Below, piece by piece: positions 30,286 to 39,373 of a stretch of 64,000 nt of DNA (its first letter is position 1; every line of letters begins with the position of its first letter). The translations under genes and the position numbers were made by a program. The stretch comes from a virus, in IMG/VR virus record IMGVR_UViG_3300018022_000003, positions 1-64,000 of that record. One strand, written 5' to 3'. A model generated the notes under the pieces. The model saw only the letters and a program-made list of their open reading frames with translations. It was not told where the DNA came from and made no database searches.

Positions 30286-32949
30286 ATGAGCGAGACAAAG
30301 ACATCCTACCTCTCCCCGGCCAGTGCCACGCTGGAGGTGTCGGCGGTACGGTCGCTGGAGCCGTCCGCCTCCATAACCCTGGACCTCGGCATACCCTTCA
30401 CCGTGTTCTCCATCAAGTTCCCTATCCCCGAGGAGAGGAGGTCCTTCCCCGAGGTGGCAGGCGAGGCGCTGGGGGTCATGCTGGACGAGATGGCGGCCTT
30501 CATGCTCTCCCTGGGGTACAGGCAGGGGGTCATAGCCAAGGTGTATGCCCTGGCCATGGAGTGCTATCGGGGGATGCAGGGCCAGGAGGCCCCGGAGGAG
30601 AGGGAGGCCACCATAGGCACGGTAAGGGGGGAGTTCCCCCTGCCTACGGAGTTCGTGAACGAGACCCAGAAGCAGGTGGTCACGGCGGCGAGGGGGGAGT
30701 CCCCCGTCCATATACGGAGGACTAGCACCGTCGCCCTGTGCGGCAGGCGTGCCCCGTTCGACTGGACGTTCCCAGACGACACGGCGTACGAGTATGCCGG
30801 AGGGCAGCGCCGGGTGTTCGCCGAGGTGACCTGCCCGGAATGCAAGAGGGTTTACGGGGAGCAGGCCAAGAGGCAGGCGGCCACGGCCCCCTCCGAGGAA
30901 TCTGCGGATATCTTCTGGCACATCACCTCCCAGCGGAGCGCCGTAGGCATAGATAAGAGGGGGATTAGGAAGGGACGCCGGGGCTATGTATGGCTTGCGA
31001 CCAGCCCCGAGGCGGCACAGGAGTTTGCCGAGACAATAGGGCCCCGGTACGCAATCGTGCAGGTCAGGTGGCCGTACGAGAAGACCGTCCCCGACGAGGA
31101 CTTCGAGGGCGAGGCGATGGGGGAAGTATACCGCATGACGCCCTTTGACATCCCGCCCAAGAGTATCCTTGGCATCCGGTTCTACGACGAGGGCGGACTA
31201 GACATGGAGGCATCCAGCAAGACGTCGGGCAAGGAGGTCAGGCGCATGCCGGTGCAGCGCCGGATGGAGTTCACCTCCCAGCGCCCGTCCCGCCCGTCCA
31301 AGAGCGACGTCCTGAAGGCCATACGCAAGTACCGCTTCCAGAGCATCAAGAACACCCCCAGGCCGCTCTACCTGGTGGTCTACGACCAGATGGGCAACCC
31401 CAAGGGCACCCTCTCGCTCGGCCCGGGGTTCCACAACGACCTGCTGAAGATGCAGTACGGCAAGACAGCGGTAAGGGCCGGCAAGAGCTTCGACCTGGCC
31501 ACGGAGGCGGTGAGGGCGGGCGGGGGCATATTCAAGGGCATAGGGGAGGACGGCAGGGGCGGAGAGCTGGTGTACTTCGACAACCCCGCCAACAAGTCCA
31601 CCCTGGTACTGGACGCTGAGGGCATTACCCCCGAGGCGGTCAGGAGGAAGATAGAGTGGAACAGCTCCCTGTCCAGGAGGGCGGCGGCCACCTGCGAGTT
31701 CTGCAAGGCCCCCTCCGTGGGGTGCGTGGTCAACTATGCCCAGCCCGGCGGCCCCTTCCTCGGCTCCGCCGTCCATGTATGCGAGGGGCACAGGGAGCAG
31801 GGGAAGGACCCGAGGGCCAGCCAGACGGCCTTCGTCTCCAACAGGTGGGAGAGGAGGCCGGGCGAGAGCAGGGTCCCGTACCCCGAGTTCTCCGAGAGGA
31901 AGGAGGCCGGGCAGTGGGGGGAGCGCTCCTACGACGGCGACATGGTCCATGACATCCTGGACAAGCACCGCCCCAGCCACAGGGAGAAGGACCCCAGCGA
32001 GTGGCTCGGCTTCGACGAGCCTGTACCGCCGGCCGAGGTGCCTGCCGTCCTCGGGGAGATTAAGGGGATGGACAGGGGGGAGCTGGACGCAAAGCAGCAG
32101 TATGTCGGGGTGGTGGTCTTCCTGGTGGAGCACGGCTCCGAGGTTCCGCAGGAGGCCCGCCTCCGTGCCGCCGAGGTGGCCGAGGAGCTTGCTGGCCTGA
32201 CCGTGGGGATGGGGAACGCCCCGAGCAAGGACAGGCAGCAGTGGAGGCACCCCGAGAAGCGCAAGGCCCGCCTCAGGCGGGAGGTCGCTGTCCTGAGGGC
32301 AGGGATGCCCGTTGCCAAGGAGGGCCGCTTCCTCAGGGTAGAGGAGATGCGTGCCTGGGGCAGGGGGGAGCAGGACGAGTACTATGCCCAGCACCCCGAG
32401 CTTGAGAGGATAGGGAAGCCCAAGCAGGCGGACTACTGGGACGAGCAGGGCTACTGGGCGGGGGCAGGGCATGCCGCCTCCGGCGTCCTCCCCGTATGCA
32501 CCTCCACGGGGAGGGTATGCCTTGCCTGGAGAAGCCCCGACGTGGACCAGGGTAGCTGCTGGGGAACCATAGGCGGGGCGGTAAAGGAGGGGATGGACCC
32601 GTCCTCCAGCGCCCGCCACGAGCTTGCCGAGGAGACCGGGTACAGGGGCAACCTCCTCCTGCACCCAGCACATGTCTTCAAAAGCGGGAAGTTCAGTTAC
32701 CATAACTATATAGGGGAGGTGGGGCACGAGTTCGGGCTGCGCCCCGAGGGCGGCAGCGCATGGGAGACCGAGGCCCTGGAGTGGGGGGGCCTGGACGAAT
32801 GGCTGAAGGAGGCCAAGACCAGCCCCGGCAGCTTCCACCCCGGCGTGCTGGTCCTGCTCAGGGAGTCGGGCGGCCTCATACGCAGCATATGCGAGAAGGC
32901 GGAAGGAAGGAAGACTGAAAATGGAGAAGCACAAGCACAGGCTCTATAA
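30286..32949 (+). CDS. Multidomain (polyvalent) protein: ADP-ribosyltransferase-like domain, possible DUF4259-like domain, C-terminal Nudix hydrolase
   Basis: WHITS...GI...YVWLATSPEAA...IPP..I (ART-like); GQWGERSYDGDMVHD (DUF4259-like, weak); WGTIGGAVKEGMDPSSSARHELAEETGY (divergent Nudix box). Confidence 0.6.
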   Translation: MSETKTSYLSPASATLEVSAVRSLEPSASITLDLGIPFTVFSIKFPIPEERRSFPEVAGEALGVMLDEMAAFMLSLGYRQGVIAKVYALAMECYRGMQGQEAPEEREATIGTVRGEFPLPTEFVNETQKQVVTAARGESPVHIRRTSTVALCGRRAPFDWTFPDDTAYEYAGGQRRVFAEVTCPECKRVYGEQAKRQAATAPSEESADIFWHITSQRSAVGIDKRGIRKGRRGYVWLATSPEAAQEFAETIGPRYAIVQVRWPYEKTVPDEDFEGEAMGEVYRMTPFDIPPKSILGIRFYDEGGLDMEASSKTSGKEVRRMPVQRRMEFTSQRPSRPSKSDVLKAIRKYRFQSIKNTPRPLYLVVYDQMGNPKGTLSLGPGFHNDLLKMQYGKTAVRAGKSFDLATEAVRAGGGIFKGIGEDGRGGELVYFDNPANKSTLVLDAEGITPEAVRRKIEWNSSLSRRAAATCEFCKAPSVGCVVNYAQPGGPFLGSAVHVCEGHREQGKDPRASQTAFVSNRWERRPGESRVPYPEFSERKEAGQWGERSYDGDMVHDILDKHRPSHREKDPSEWLGFDEPVPPAEVPAVLGEIKGMDRGELDAKQQYVGVVVFLVEHGSEVPQEARLRAAEVAEELAGLTVGMGNAPSKDRQQWRHPEKRKARLRREVAVLRAGMPVAKEGRFLRVEEMRAWGRGEQDEYYAQHPELERIGKPKQADYWDEQGYWAGAGHAASGVLPVCTSTGRVCLAWRSPDVDQGSCWGTIGGAVKEGMDPSSSARHELAEETGYRGNLLLHPAHVFKSGKFSYHNYIGEVGHEFGLRPEGGSAWETEALEWGGLDEWLKEAKTSPGSFHPGVLVLLRESGGLIRSICEKAEGRKTENGEAQAQAL

Positions 32950-33676
32950 CCCCGAGGACTACACCAACCTGCTGGACCTGCTCAGGCGGCCACCCAGCGC
33001 CATACCCCCGCACACGGGGGCCATGGTGGAGAGGGTGCCCGACCCCATCAGGAGGGGGACGGTGCGCATCTTCAGGGAGGACACAGGGGAGGTCCTGTAC
33101 CAGGACCACAACATCACCACCAACATCAGCAGGTGGCTGTTCTCCGTCTTCATGGCGGCCACCGGGCCGAGCCAGCCGGTCAACCCCAGCGTCACTGCCC
33201 CCCCTCTCTACGGGGTATGGGGCCTGGCGCTGGGCGCAGGCAGCCCGACCTGGGCACCCGAGACGCAGCCTGTCGAGACGGCGCAGCAGGTGGAGCTTAT
33301 CCAGCCCCTCGTGCGTGTCCAGCTCTCCAGGGTCAACTTCGTCAACCAGGACAACAGCGGCAACTGGAACCCCGTGCCCTACCCGGCCACCAACGTGGAC
33401 TTCCAGACCACCGTCAACTCGACGGTCAACAACATAAACCAGCCCGTGAGGGAGATGGGGCTTATAGGGGGAGGGATAGCCAACATGGGCGGCTACACTA
33501 TGCTCACTGCCCCGTTCTTCAACGGCAACCCCTCCTACTATATCGACCCGGTGACGAAGCAGGTCAACGTCACGGTGATGCAGCAGACAGTCATCCTCAT
33601 CAACTACAAGACCCTGCCGCCGCTCAACCTGCCGCCCGGCATCAACATCATCTTTAGCTGGATATTCCAGTTCTAG
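32921..33676 (+). CDS. Putative tail-collar/fibre-base protein
   Basis: GLALGAGS...L..LVR...VREMGLIGG...INYKTLPP..IIFSWIFQF pattern of tail-collar fibre-like proteins. Confidence 0.5.
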   Translation: MEKHKHRLYNPEDYTNLLDLLRRPPSAIPPHTGAMVERVPDPIRRGTVRIFREDTGEVLYQDHNITTNISRWLFSVFMAATGPSQPVNPSVTAPPLYGVWGLALGAGSPTWAPETQPVETAQQVELIQPLVRVQLSRVNFVNQDNSGNWNPVPYPATNVDFQTTVNSTVNNINQPVREMGLIGGGIANMGGYTMLTAPFFNGNPSYYIDPVTKQVNVTVMQQTVILINYKTLPPLNLPPGINIIFSWIFQF

Positions 33677-33686
33677 GGGAAGTGGT

Positions 33687-34187
33687 ATGCCCGGAAACGT
33701 GCTAGCGTTGCAGGTGGGCCCGTGGCAGGACCTCGGCGAGGGGGTGGTCAGCACCGGGTACAGGTCCATCCTGTCCGTGCAGGAGATTATCATGGAGGTG
33801 CAGGAGACCACCTTCTACGGCCAGAACCTCTTCATGGCCAACTACTCCCCCTGGGGTGCCGGGCAGGTGGACATAGGCTCCCTGACCGCCTATACCCTGT
33901 TCAGCAACTTCCTCAGCCCCTACGTGGGCAGGGAGACCACCTGGGCGCAGTTCCTCGACCCACCCTACAACCCCTCCTTCTACATCGGCCGCACCTACGT
34001 CCTTATCCCCCCTCCCCCGGAGCCTCCCCTGTCGTACGGGGCCATGGTCCTGCTGGGAGCGGCATACAGCCCCCTCAAGGGATGGTGGTGCAGGTTCAGG
34101 GGCAACTTCAGGCTCTCCATCCCGGTCTTCCAGGGCTTCCGTGGGGTCACCGACATGACCCCGGACTACGGCATCAAGATAAAGTAG
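33687..34187 (+). CDS. Hypothetical protein
   Basis: 166 aa, GC3-rich, last gene of the structural run. Confidence 0.6.
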   Translation: MPGNVLALQVGPWQDLGEGVVSTGYRSILSVQEIIMEVQETTFYGQNLFMANYSPWGAGQVDIGSLTAYTLFSNFLSPYVGRETTWAQFLDPPYNPSFYIGRTYVLIPPPPEPPLSYGAMVLLGAAYSPLKGWWCRFRGNFRLSIPVFQGFRGVTDMTPDYGIKIK

Positions 34188-34213
34188 GTATTATCACCCT
34201 GGAGGCAACCGCC

Positions 34214-34390
34214 GTGGCATACCAGAACAAGAGGCTCCCGAGGCGTGGCCTCTATGTGGCCAAGGACCCAAAGGTGTTCCGTAAGACGTTCGGGGGGATA
34301 GCCCTGGGGCTTCTTCGCTACAGAGAGGTCGAGCCGGGGGACTTCCTGGAGATAAGCATCAAGCGTGTGCGGGAAACCCGGGCTGGCTGA
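34214..34390 (+). CDS. Small basic hypothetical protein (58 aa)
   Basis: GTG start with GGAGG RBS, downstream of TATTAT at about 34189. Confidence 0.5.
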   Translation: MAYQNKRLPRRGLYVAKDPKVFRKTFGGIALGLLRYREVEPGDFLEISIKRVRETRAG

Positions 34391-34402
34391 CGCTACCCCT
34401 GC

Positions 34403-35170
34403 ATGGACACCCCCAAGATAACGTACAAGCAGTATGGAGGCAAGGCGTCCATCGCCAAGTGGATTGCCTCCCACTTCCCGCCGCACAGGACCTACATGGA
34501 GCCTTTCTGCGGCTCCTGCTCCGTCCTTTTCGCCAAGCCCAGGTCGTTCATCGAGATTGCCAACGACATCGACGGGCGCATCGTCAGCATGTACAGGCAC
34601 ATACGTGAGGACCCGGAGCAGCTTGCGGCCCTCCTGTGGGCCACCCCCTACTCCAAGGCCAACTGGCGTGACACCGTGCCGGAGGAGGGCAGCCTGGAGG
34701 AGGCCCGCCTGCTCATGGCAGAGTCGGTGCAGTTCTACTGCGGCAACGGCAACAACTCCACCTGGGCGCTGGAGAAGTCCGGGGCACCGCACAAGCCCAA
34801 GCCCGAGGTCTGGGCGGACTGGTTCCTGCGCATCCTGCCGGCCGCTGCCCGGCTCAGGAGCGTGCAGGTGCTAAACGAGGACGGGGTGGACGCCATGAGG
34901 CGGGTTCATATGCAGGAGGACGCCCTCATCTACATCGACCCCCCCTACTGGGGGCACGAGCACGAGTACAGGCACAGGGTGGACTACGAGCGCCTCCTGG
35001 CAGCGGCAAGGGAGGCGAGGGCCAAGGTGGTCGTGTCGGAGTACCCCGAGGCGGCGGTATTCTACCAGGGGTGGAGGCAGGAGCGCAAGGACACCGCAGG
35101 CAGGGCTAGGACGGGGGCGTACAACTCCCCGGCCAAGCCCAAGGCCGAGATGCTGTTCATGAACTTCTGA
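34403..35170 (+). CDS. dam: DNA adenine methyltransferase (D12/Dam class)
   Basis: YGGKASIA, YMEPFCGSCSV (motif I), IYIDPPY (motif IV). Target site is not inferable. Confidence 0.9.
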   Translation: MDTPKITYKQYGGKASIAKWIASHFPPHRTYMEPFCGSCSVLFAKPRSFIEIANDIDGRIVSMYRHIREDPEQLAALLWATPYSKANWRDTVPEEGSLEEARLLMAESVQFYCGNGNNSTWALEKSGAPHKPKPEVWADWFLRILPAAARLRSVQVLNEDGVDAMRRVHMQEDALIYIDPPYWGHEHEYRHRVDYERLLAAAREARAKVVVSEYPEAAVFYQGWRQERKDTAGRARTGAYNSPAKPKAEMLFMNF

Positions 35171-35180
35171 GGGAGGGCTA

Positions 35181-35387
35181 ATGAGCAAGGCGATGCAGAT
35201 GGTACAGAGGATACATGAGTCGGGGGCAGGCTCGGGGGTCACCCATGACGCCATCGACCGGGCGGTACGCTCCGGCAGCGAGCGGGATGCCGTCAAGGCC
35301 CTTATCATGGCACGGGACGACCGCCTGTCCGGCTGGGTCGTGGACCGGGCCAACGAGGGCCTGGGATTCAGGGGCAAGGACTGGTAG
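35181..35387 (+). CDS. Hypothetical protein (68 aa)
   Basis: GGGAGG RBS, operon spacing. Confidence 0.55.
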   Translation: MSKAMQMVQRIHESGAGSGVTHDAIDRAVRSGSERDAVKALIMARDDRLSGWVVDRANEGLGFRGKDW

Positions 35388-35389
35388 GT

Positions 35390-35878
35390 ATGCGACCCAG
35401 GGAAAAGGACTTCCTCATCTGCACGGTGAGGAACGCCACGGGGGAGCAGTGGGCCGCCCAGGAGGAGTATGTCTCCTCCCTGGAGGCCGGGGGCATAGGG
35501 GTATACTGGCCCCCCAGGGACACGGACCAGGACGACCCCATCGGGCTTAGGATATGCTCCGACAACCGGACGGCCATGGAGAGGGCGGACGTCGTCAGGG
35601 TGGTATGGGACCCGGAGAGCCAGGGGAGCCTGTTCGACCTGGGGATGGCGTTTGCCATGCGCAAGCCCATCTACCTCGTGAACCGCAAGGACATCAAGCC
35701 AACCGATAAGAAGTCCTTCACCAACTTCCTGCTTGCCATAGACATAGGGGAGCCTTCCCCGAGCAGCACCCGCCTCAGGGAGGTGGCCAGGTTCTACGAA
35801 GAGTACAAGGACAGCCCAGGGCTGCCCGGCTCCTGGGCCGTGGCCTTCCTCAACCAGGAGAAGGAGAGGAAGTCATAG
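35390..35878 (+). CDS. Nucleoside 2-deoxyribosyltransferase-like protein
   Basis: FLIC...VYWPPRD...NRTAMERAD...SQGSLFDLGMAFAMRKPI. Confidence 0.75.
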   Translation: MRPREKDFLICTVRNATGEQWAAQEEYVSSLEAGGIGVYWPPRDTDQDDPIGLRICSDNRTAMERADVVRVVWDPESQGSLFDLGMAFAMRKPIYLVNRKDIKPTDKKSFTNFLLAIDIGEPSPSSTRLREVARFYEEYKDSPGLPGSWAVAFLNQEKERKS

Positions 35879-35910
35879 CACTTCCCCCCCCTTAATTGAG
35901 GAGAACCACC

Positions 35911-36999
35911 ATGCCTACCCCTATACAGCCCGGCAATACCAGCGCATTCAGGTCCGAGTTCCTGTTCAGGCCCGCCGCCCCGGCCCAGACCACCGTGAGG
36001 CTCGTGGACGGCAGCGGGTACGTCGGGGGGGAGTGGTTCGTGGAGCCTGGCAACGAGGCCAAGATGGCCCGTATCAGGAGGGACTTCGAGGAGGCCAGGG
36101 CAGAGGAGCCTGACGCCGGGTGGAGGCTCCAGACGAGGGGCACCGAGGCGGGGTGGCACGACATGGAGGCGCAGCCTAAGACGGCCTCCGGGCTGCGCAG
36201 GCGGCCGGACTACGGGAAGGCAACAAGGTACAACGTCTGGGACAAGCCCACGGGGCCTGTCGGCAGGCATACCCAAAAGCTGTACCGGTGCTTGAACTGC
36301 GGGGAGAAGCAGACGATAGGGACCAACCACTACGGCCCGGTCTACGGCTACTGCCACGGGTGTAGCTGGAAGCCGTCGTTCGGCAAGGCAGAGTATGCGA
36401 TACCCATGTTCGGGCGTACCTACAGGCCGTTCGAGTACGCCGGGGACCCCGAGGAGCCAGGACGTGAGGAGAGAATCCAGGAGACGTGGAACGCCCCCCC
36501 GCACGCTGCCTCCCAGGCAGCGGCCCCCGGACGCCCGAAGGAGGCGGCGCAGGCCCCCCGCTCCTACAAGGTAGGGCAGGACGAGGGCGGGTTCTGGTAC
36601 ATCTTCGGCCTGCCGGGGGAGGAGATTGCCGAGGGGCAGGCCGACGAGGCGGTGCAGACCCCCGACACATGGCTCAACGTCCACGGGAAGGCCAGGAACC
36701 TGGACCTGGCGGAGCAGCTCTACCGGGAGCTTTACGCCGAGTTCCAGGCCAACGACAACCTCAGGGAGGGGGACACCTTCGATACCCCTATCGGCGTGTT
36801 CATATGCCAGGGGGTTGACGTCCTCCCCCACGACGCCTCTGCCAAGAAGGCCGTGGCCGAGGTTGACGACAGCTACAGGTGCGCCTGCGGCTGCGACCAG
36901 GGGGAGCACAGGAAGAGGGTTGACGACAACGGCTACCCTCACTACGGGGAGTGCTCCAACCATCCCGAATGCAAAGAGTATACCAGGAAGGGAGCATAA
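35911..36999 (+). CDS. Multidomain hypothetical protein with Cys/His zinc motifs
   Basis: GAGGAG RBS; CLNC...CHGC and C-terminal CACGC..H..C..C; shares the DMEAxxKT linker with the 30286 protein. Confidence 0.65.
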   Translation: MPTPIQPGNTSAFRSEFLFRPAAPAQTTVRLVDGSGYVGGEWFVEPGNEAKMARIRRDFEEARAEEPDAGWRLQTRGTEAGWHDMEAQPKTASGLRRRPDYGKATRYNVWDKPTGPVGRHTQKLYRCLNCGEKQTIGTNHYGPVYGYCHGCSWKPSFGKAEYAIPMFGRTYRPFEYAGDPEEPGREERIQETWNAPPHAASQAAAPGRPKEAAQAPRSYKVGQDEGGFWYIFGLPGEEIAEGQADEAVQTPDTWLNVHGKARNLDLAEQLYRELYAEFQANDNLREGDTFDTPIGVFICQGVDVLPHDASAKKAVAEVDDSYRCACGCDQGEHRKRVDDNGYPHYGECSNHPECKEYTRKGA

Positions 37000-37179
37000 A
37001 TGGGCCCCATAGACCCGAAGACGCTGCTCAGGATAAAGGACCTTGCCAGGCAGTACACCGAGGAGACCCTGGAGGACCCCAACCCCCTGGACTACATGGC
37101 TTTCGAGAACGCCATCCTCCAGGGCTACAACCTCGCCATGGAGGATGCCAGGGGAATCCTCCGCTCACCTGCCAGATAG
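37000..37179 (+). CDS. Hypothetical protein (59 aa)
   Basis: Starts immediately after the previous TAA; GGGAG RBS; not in the ORF track. Confidence 0.55.
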   Translation: MGPIDPKTLLRIKDLARQYTEETLEDPNPLDYMAFENAILQGYNLAMEDARGILRSPAR

Positions 37180-37207
37180 GATAGGCAGCCCAGCGTATTA
37201 TAGCATC

Positions 37208-37954
37208 ATGGACGACGTCTGTGACACAGGGCTAGAGTCAATCCCCGAGGAGGTGGACGGGGGCCTCCAGCGCCCGTCTCCCTACCTTGCCAGGGTGCTG
37301 GAGAAGGTAGGCACCAGGCCAGGGTGCTGGGAGTACCTCCGGGTAGGCATCTTCCGGAGGAACCCCGATACCGGCACCCCTGAGCAGATAGGGGAGTACA
37401 CCAGGAACTACCCGTCCTTCTACCGTACCTTCCACCCCTTCCAGCTACGTGGCGGGTGGTATGCCCTGTACTCCAAGGACTATACCTCCACCCGGCTCAT
37501 GGCCCTGCCGGGCTGCAAGGACATCGGCGGGGAGGAGGCGGCCGCCTGCGGGTTCTGCCCCGTGGACTACTACGTCCCCGTCCTGCACTGGCTGGAGGCC
37601 GTCCATGCCGAGGGGTGCCCCAGGCACCCGGACAGTGTAGACCCTACCAACCCCTGTACCTGCAAGGAATCCCGGTATATATGGCATTTTCCCGAGCGGG
37701 TCCACGGGTTCGTGGCAGGCTGCGTATGGGGGGATGACACCTCCTGGAAGGTGCAGTACCTCGACCTGTCCAGGGCGGACGAGGGGATGCTGAGGAGGGA
37801 GGAGAGGTTCGGGTACATCGAGCTTGCCTACAACCTCCACCTGGACAAGGCCATCGACCTGGACATAGAGGACGACAGGTTCCCCCCCTGCCTGTCCATA
37901 GCCTGCCAGAGGCACTTCGACTTCGCCACCGGGGAGCCTAGGGGCGAAGAATAG
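37208..37954 (+). CDS. Hypothetical protein
   Basis: GC3-rich; start moved to ATG 37208 after a TATTAT box. Confidence 0.65.
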   Translation: MDDVCDTGLESIPEEVDGGLQRPSPYLARVLEKVGTRPGCWEYLRVGIFRRNPDTGTPEQIGEYTRNYPSFYRTFHPFQLRGGWYALYSKDYTSTRLMALPGCKDIGGEEAAACGFCPVDYYVPVLHWLEAVHAEGCPRHPDSVDPTNPCTCKESRYIWHFPERVHGFVAGCVWGDDTSWKVQYLDLSRADEGMLRREERFGYIELAYNLHLDKAIDLDIEDDRFPPCLSIACQRHFDFATGEPRGEE

Positions 37955-38278
37955 CCCCAAGAAACCGGACTACCGGAGGTATTATATGAGTGAGGAGACT
38001 CCCCCCGACTACAGCGTGACCTTCGCAGAGTCCTTGGTCAGACCAATGGACCGCAAGAAAGCGGGTCATAAGGACGGGGGGCCGGGAAGGGCACCATGTC
38101 CGACCCCCTGCTCCTCAAAATGAGGATAGCAAAGCCGAGAATCGACAGGCCGCACGCAATGGCCGAGACTAAGGTAACTATGCCGCATATCACGAGGCCG
38201 CACACTTCGACAACGACCCAAATCAGGTCGGGCGGCGGAGCCTGCTCGGGGTAACAGCCCCAAAGCCTAGGCTCGGCG

Positions 38279-38310
38279 GCCGCCAGCAGGTCTGGCGGCT
38301 TTCGTGTTTC
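38279..38310 (+). terminator. Rho-independent terminator
   Basis: GCCGCCAG-caggt-CTGGCGGC followed by TTTCGTGTTTC. Confidence 0.7.
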
Positions 38311-38482
38311 ATGGGGGCCTTGTGGGGAGCGTCAGGATAGACACGGTTGACCCGGACGACCCGGCCGACGTATTCTTAGAGAGGTACCTCCCCGAGAAGG
38401 AGGACGTCCCGGACCCGAGGCCTTCGCTGTCGCCCCGGAGGATAACGCTCCGCAGGGCGGACAGGGAATGGAAGGAGCGGCA

Positions 38483-38851
38483 GTGGCCCACTTCGAGCAG
38501 CACTGCAAGGACTGCGGGGCCATTCTCGGGGCCAGGCACGAGGACGTGAACCGCTGGCTCGACGGGCTGTTCTGGAGGCTGGGGCCACGGCACCGCAGGG
38601 CAAGGCACCACGAGGGCGGGGTGAGGAAGGCCGCCGAGGCGTTCGGCCCCGAGGGCGCAAGGGCAGCCGTGGTCCATATTGTCAGGGACATAGGGTTCGT
38701 CCCCAGGGAGAGGGACTACGACAGGATTCTCGTCGGGGATGAGCTGGTGATAGCTGTACCGGCCTTTGTCGAACCCAAACTGGGGTATGACCAGTGGTTC
38801 GATGAGTTCAAGAAAAAGGCCGAAGAGGAGATAGGAAGGGTCCTTGGGTAA
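38483..38851 (+). CDS. His-rich hypothetical protein (DUF6915-like, tentative)
   Basis: MAH...H...VNRWLD...RHRRARHHEGG...FG; GGAAGGAG RBS before GTG 38483. Confidence 0.5.
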   Translation: MAHFEQHCKDCGAILGARHEDVNRWLDGLFWRLGPRHRRARHHEGGVRKAAEAFGPEGARAAVVHIVRDIGFVPRERDYDRILVGDELVIAVPAFVEPKLGYDQWFDEFKKKAEEEIGRVLG

Positions 38852-38853
38852 TA

Positions 38854-39243
38854 GTGACCATGAGCCGACGCTTGGTGACGACAGGCACTCCGGTCACTTG
38901 TGAAAGATGCTCCCGTAGCTATGAGTATGACCGTAGAAAGGGGCATCATACCAAGATTTGCAACTCTTGCAACGCTAACCGTAAACGGGTGGTCCGCAAG
39001 AGAAAATGCATAGAGTATAAGGGCGGCAGGTGCGAAAAGTGCGGATATTCTCGGAGTTCTAGGGCTTTGGGATTCCACCATCGGGACCGGAACCGCAAAG
39101 AGTTTACAGTATCGAGAGCGCTGTCGCTTTCATGGAGCAGGGTCAAGCAAGAACTAGACAAGTGCGATATGCTCTGTGCCAACTGTCATATGGAGGAAGA
39201 AGAGATTCTGGCGGGTAGCTCAACTGGTAGAGCGCAGCCCTGA
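38854..39243 (+). CDS. HNH endonuclease
   Basis: KGGRCEKCGY...LGFHH.D..K.F...ELDKC..LCANCH; more AT-rich than neighbours; its stop lies inside tRNA-Ile. Confidence 0.85.
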   Translation: MTMSRRLVTTGTPVTCERCSRSYEYDRRKGHHTKICNSCNANRKRVVRKRKCIEYKGGRCEKCGYSRSSRALGFHHRDRNRKEFTVSRALSLSWSRVKQELDKCDMLCANCHMEEEEILAGSSTGRAQP

Positions 39244-39284
39244 TAAGACTGAGGTCGTGGGTCCGACTCCCATCCCGCCAACCA
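39209..39284 (+). tRNA. trnI: tRNA-Ile(GAT), T-loop TCCGACT
   Basis: TGGCGGG/CCCGCCA acceptor stem, loop CTGATAA, encoded CCA. Confidence 0.88.
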
Positions 39285-39294
39285 AGACTATAGT

Positions 39295-39369
39295 GGCTCC
39301 CTCGTCCAGCGGCCAGGACGCTCGCCCGATTAGCGAGAGACCGGGGTTCGAGTCCCTGGGGGGCTACCA
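39295..39369 (+). tRNA. Atypical tRNA: Glu/Asp-like body, anticodon loop CCGATTA (nominal GAT)
   Basis: Full cloverleaf: GGCTCCC/GGGGGCT, GTCC/GGAC, CTCGC/GCGAG, TTCGAGT loop, CCA; C33 and U37 are non-canonical. Confidence 0.75.
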
Positions 39370-39373
39370 GGCT

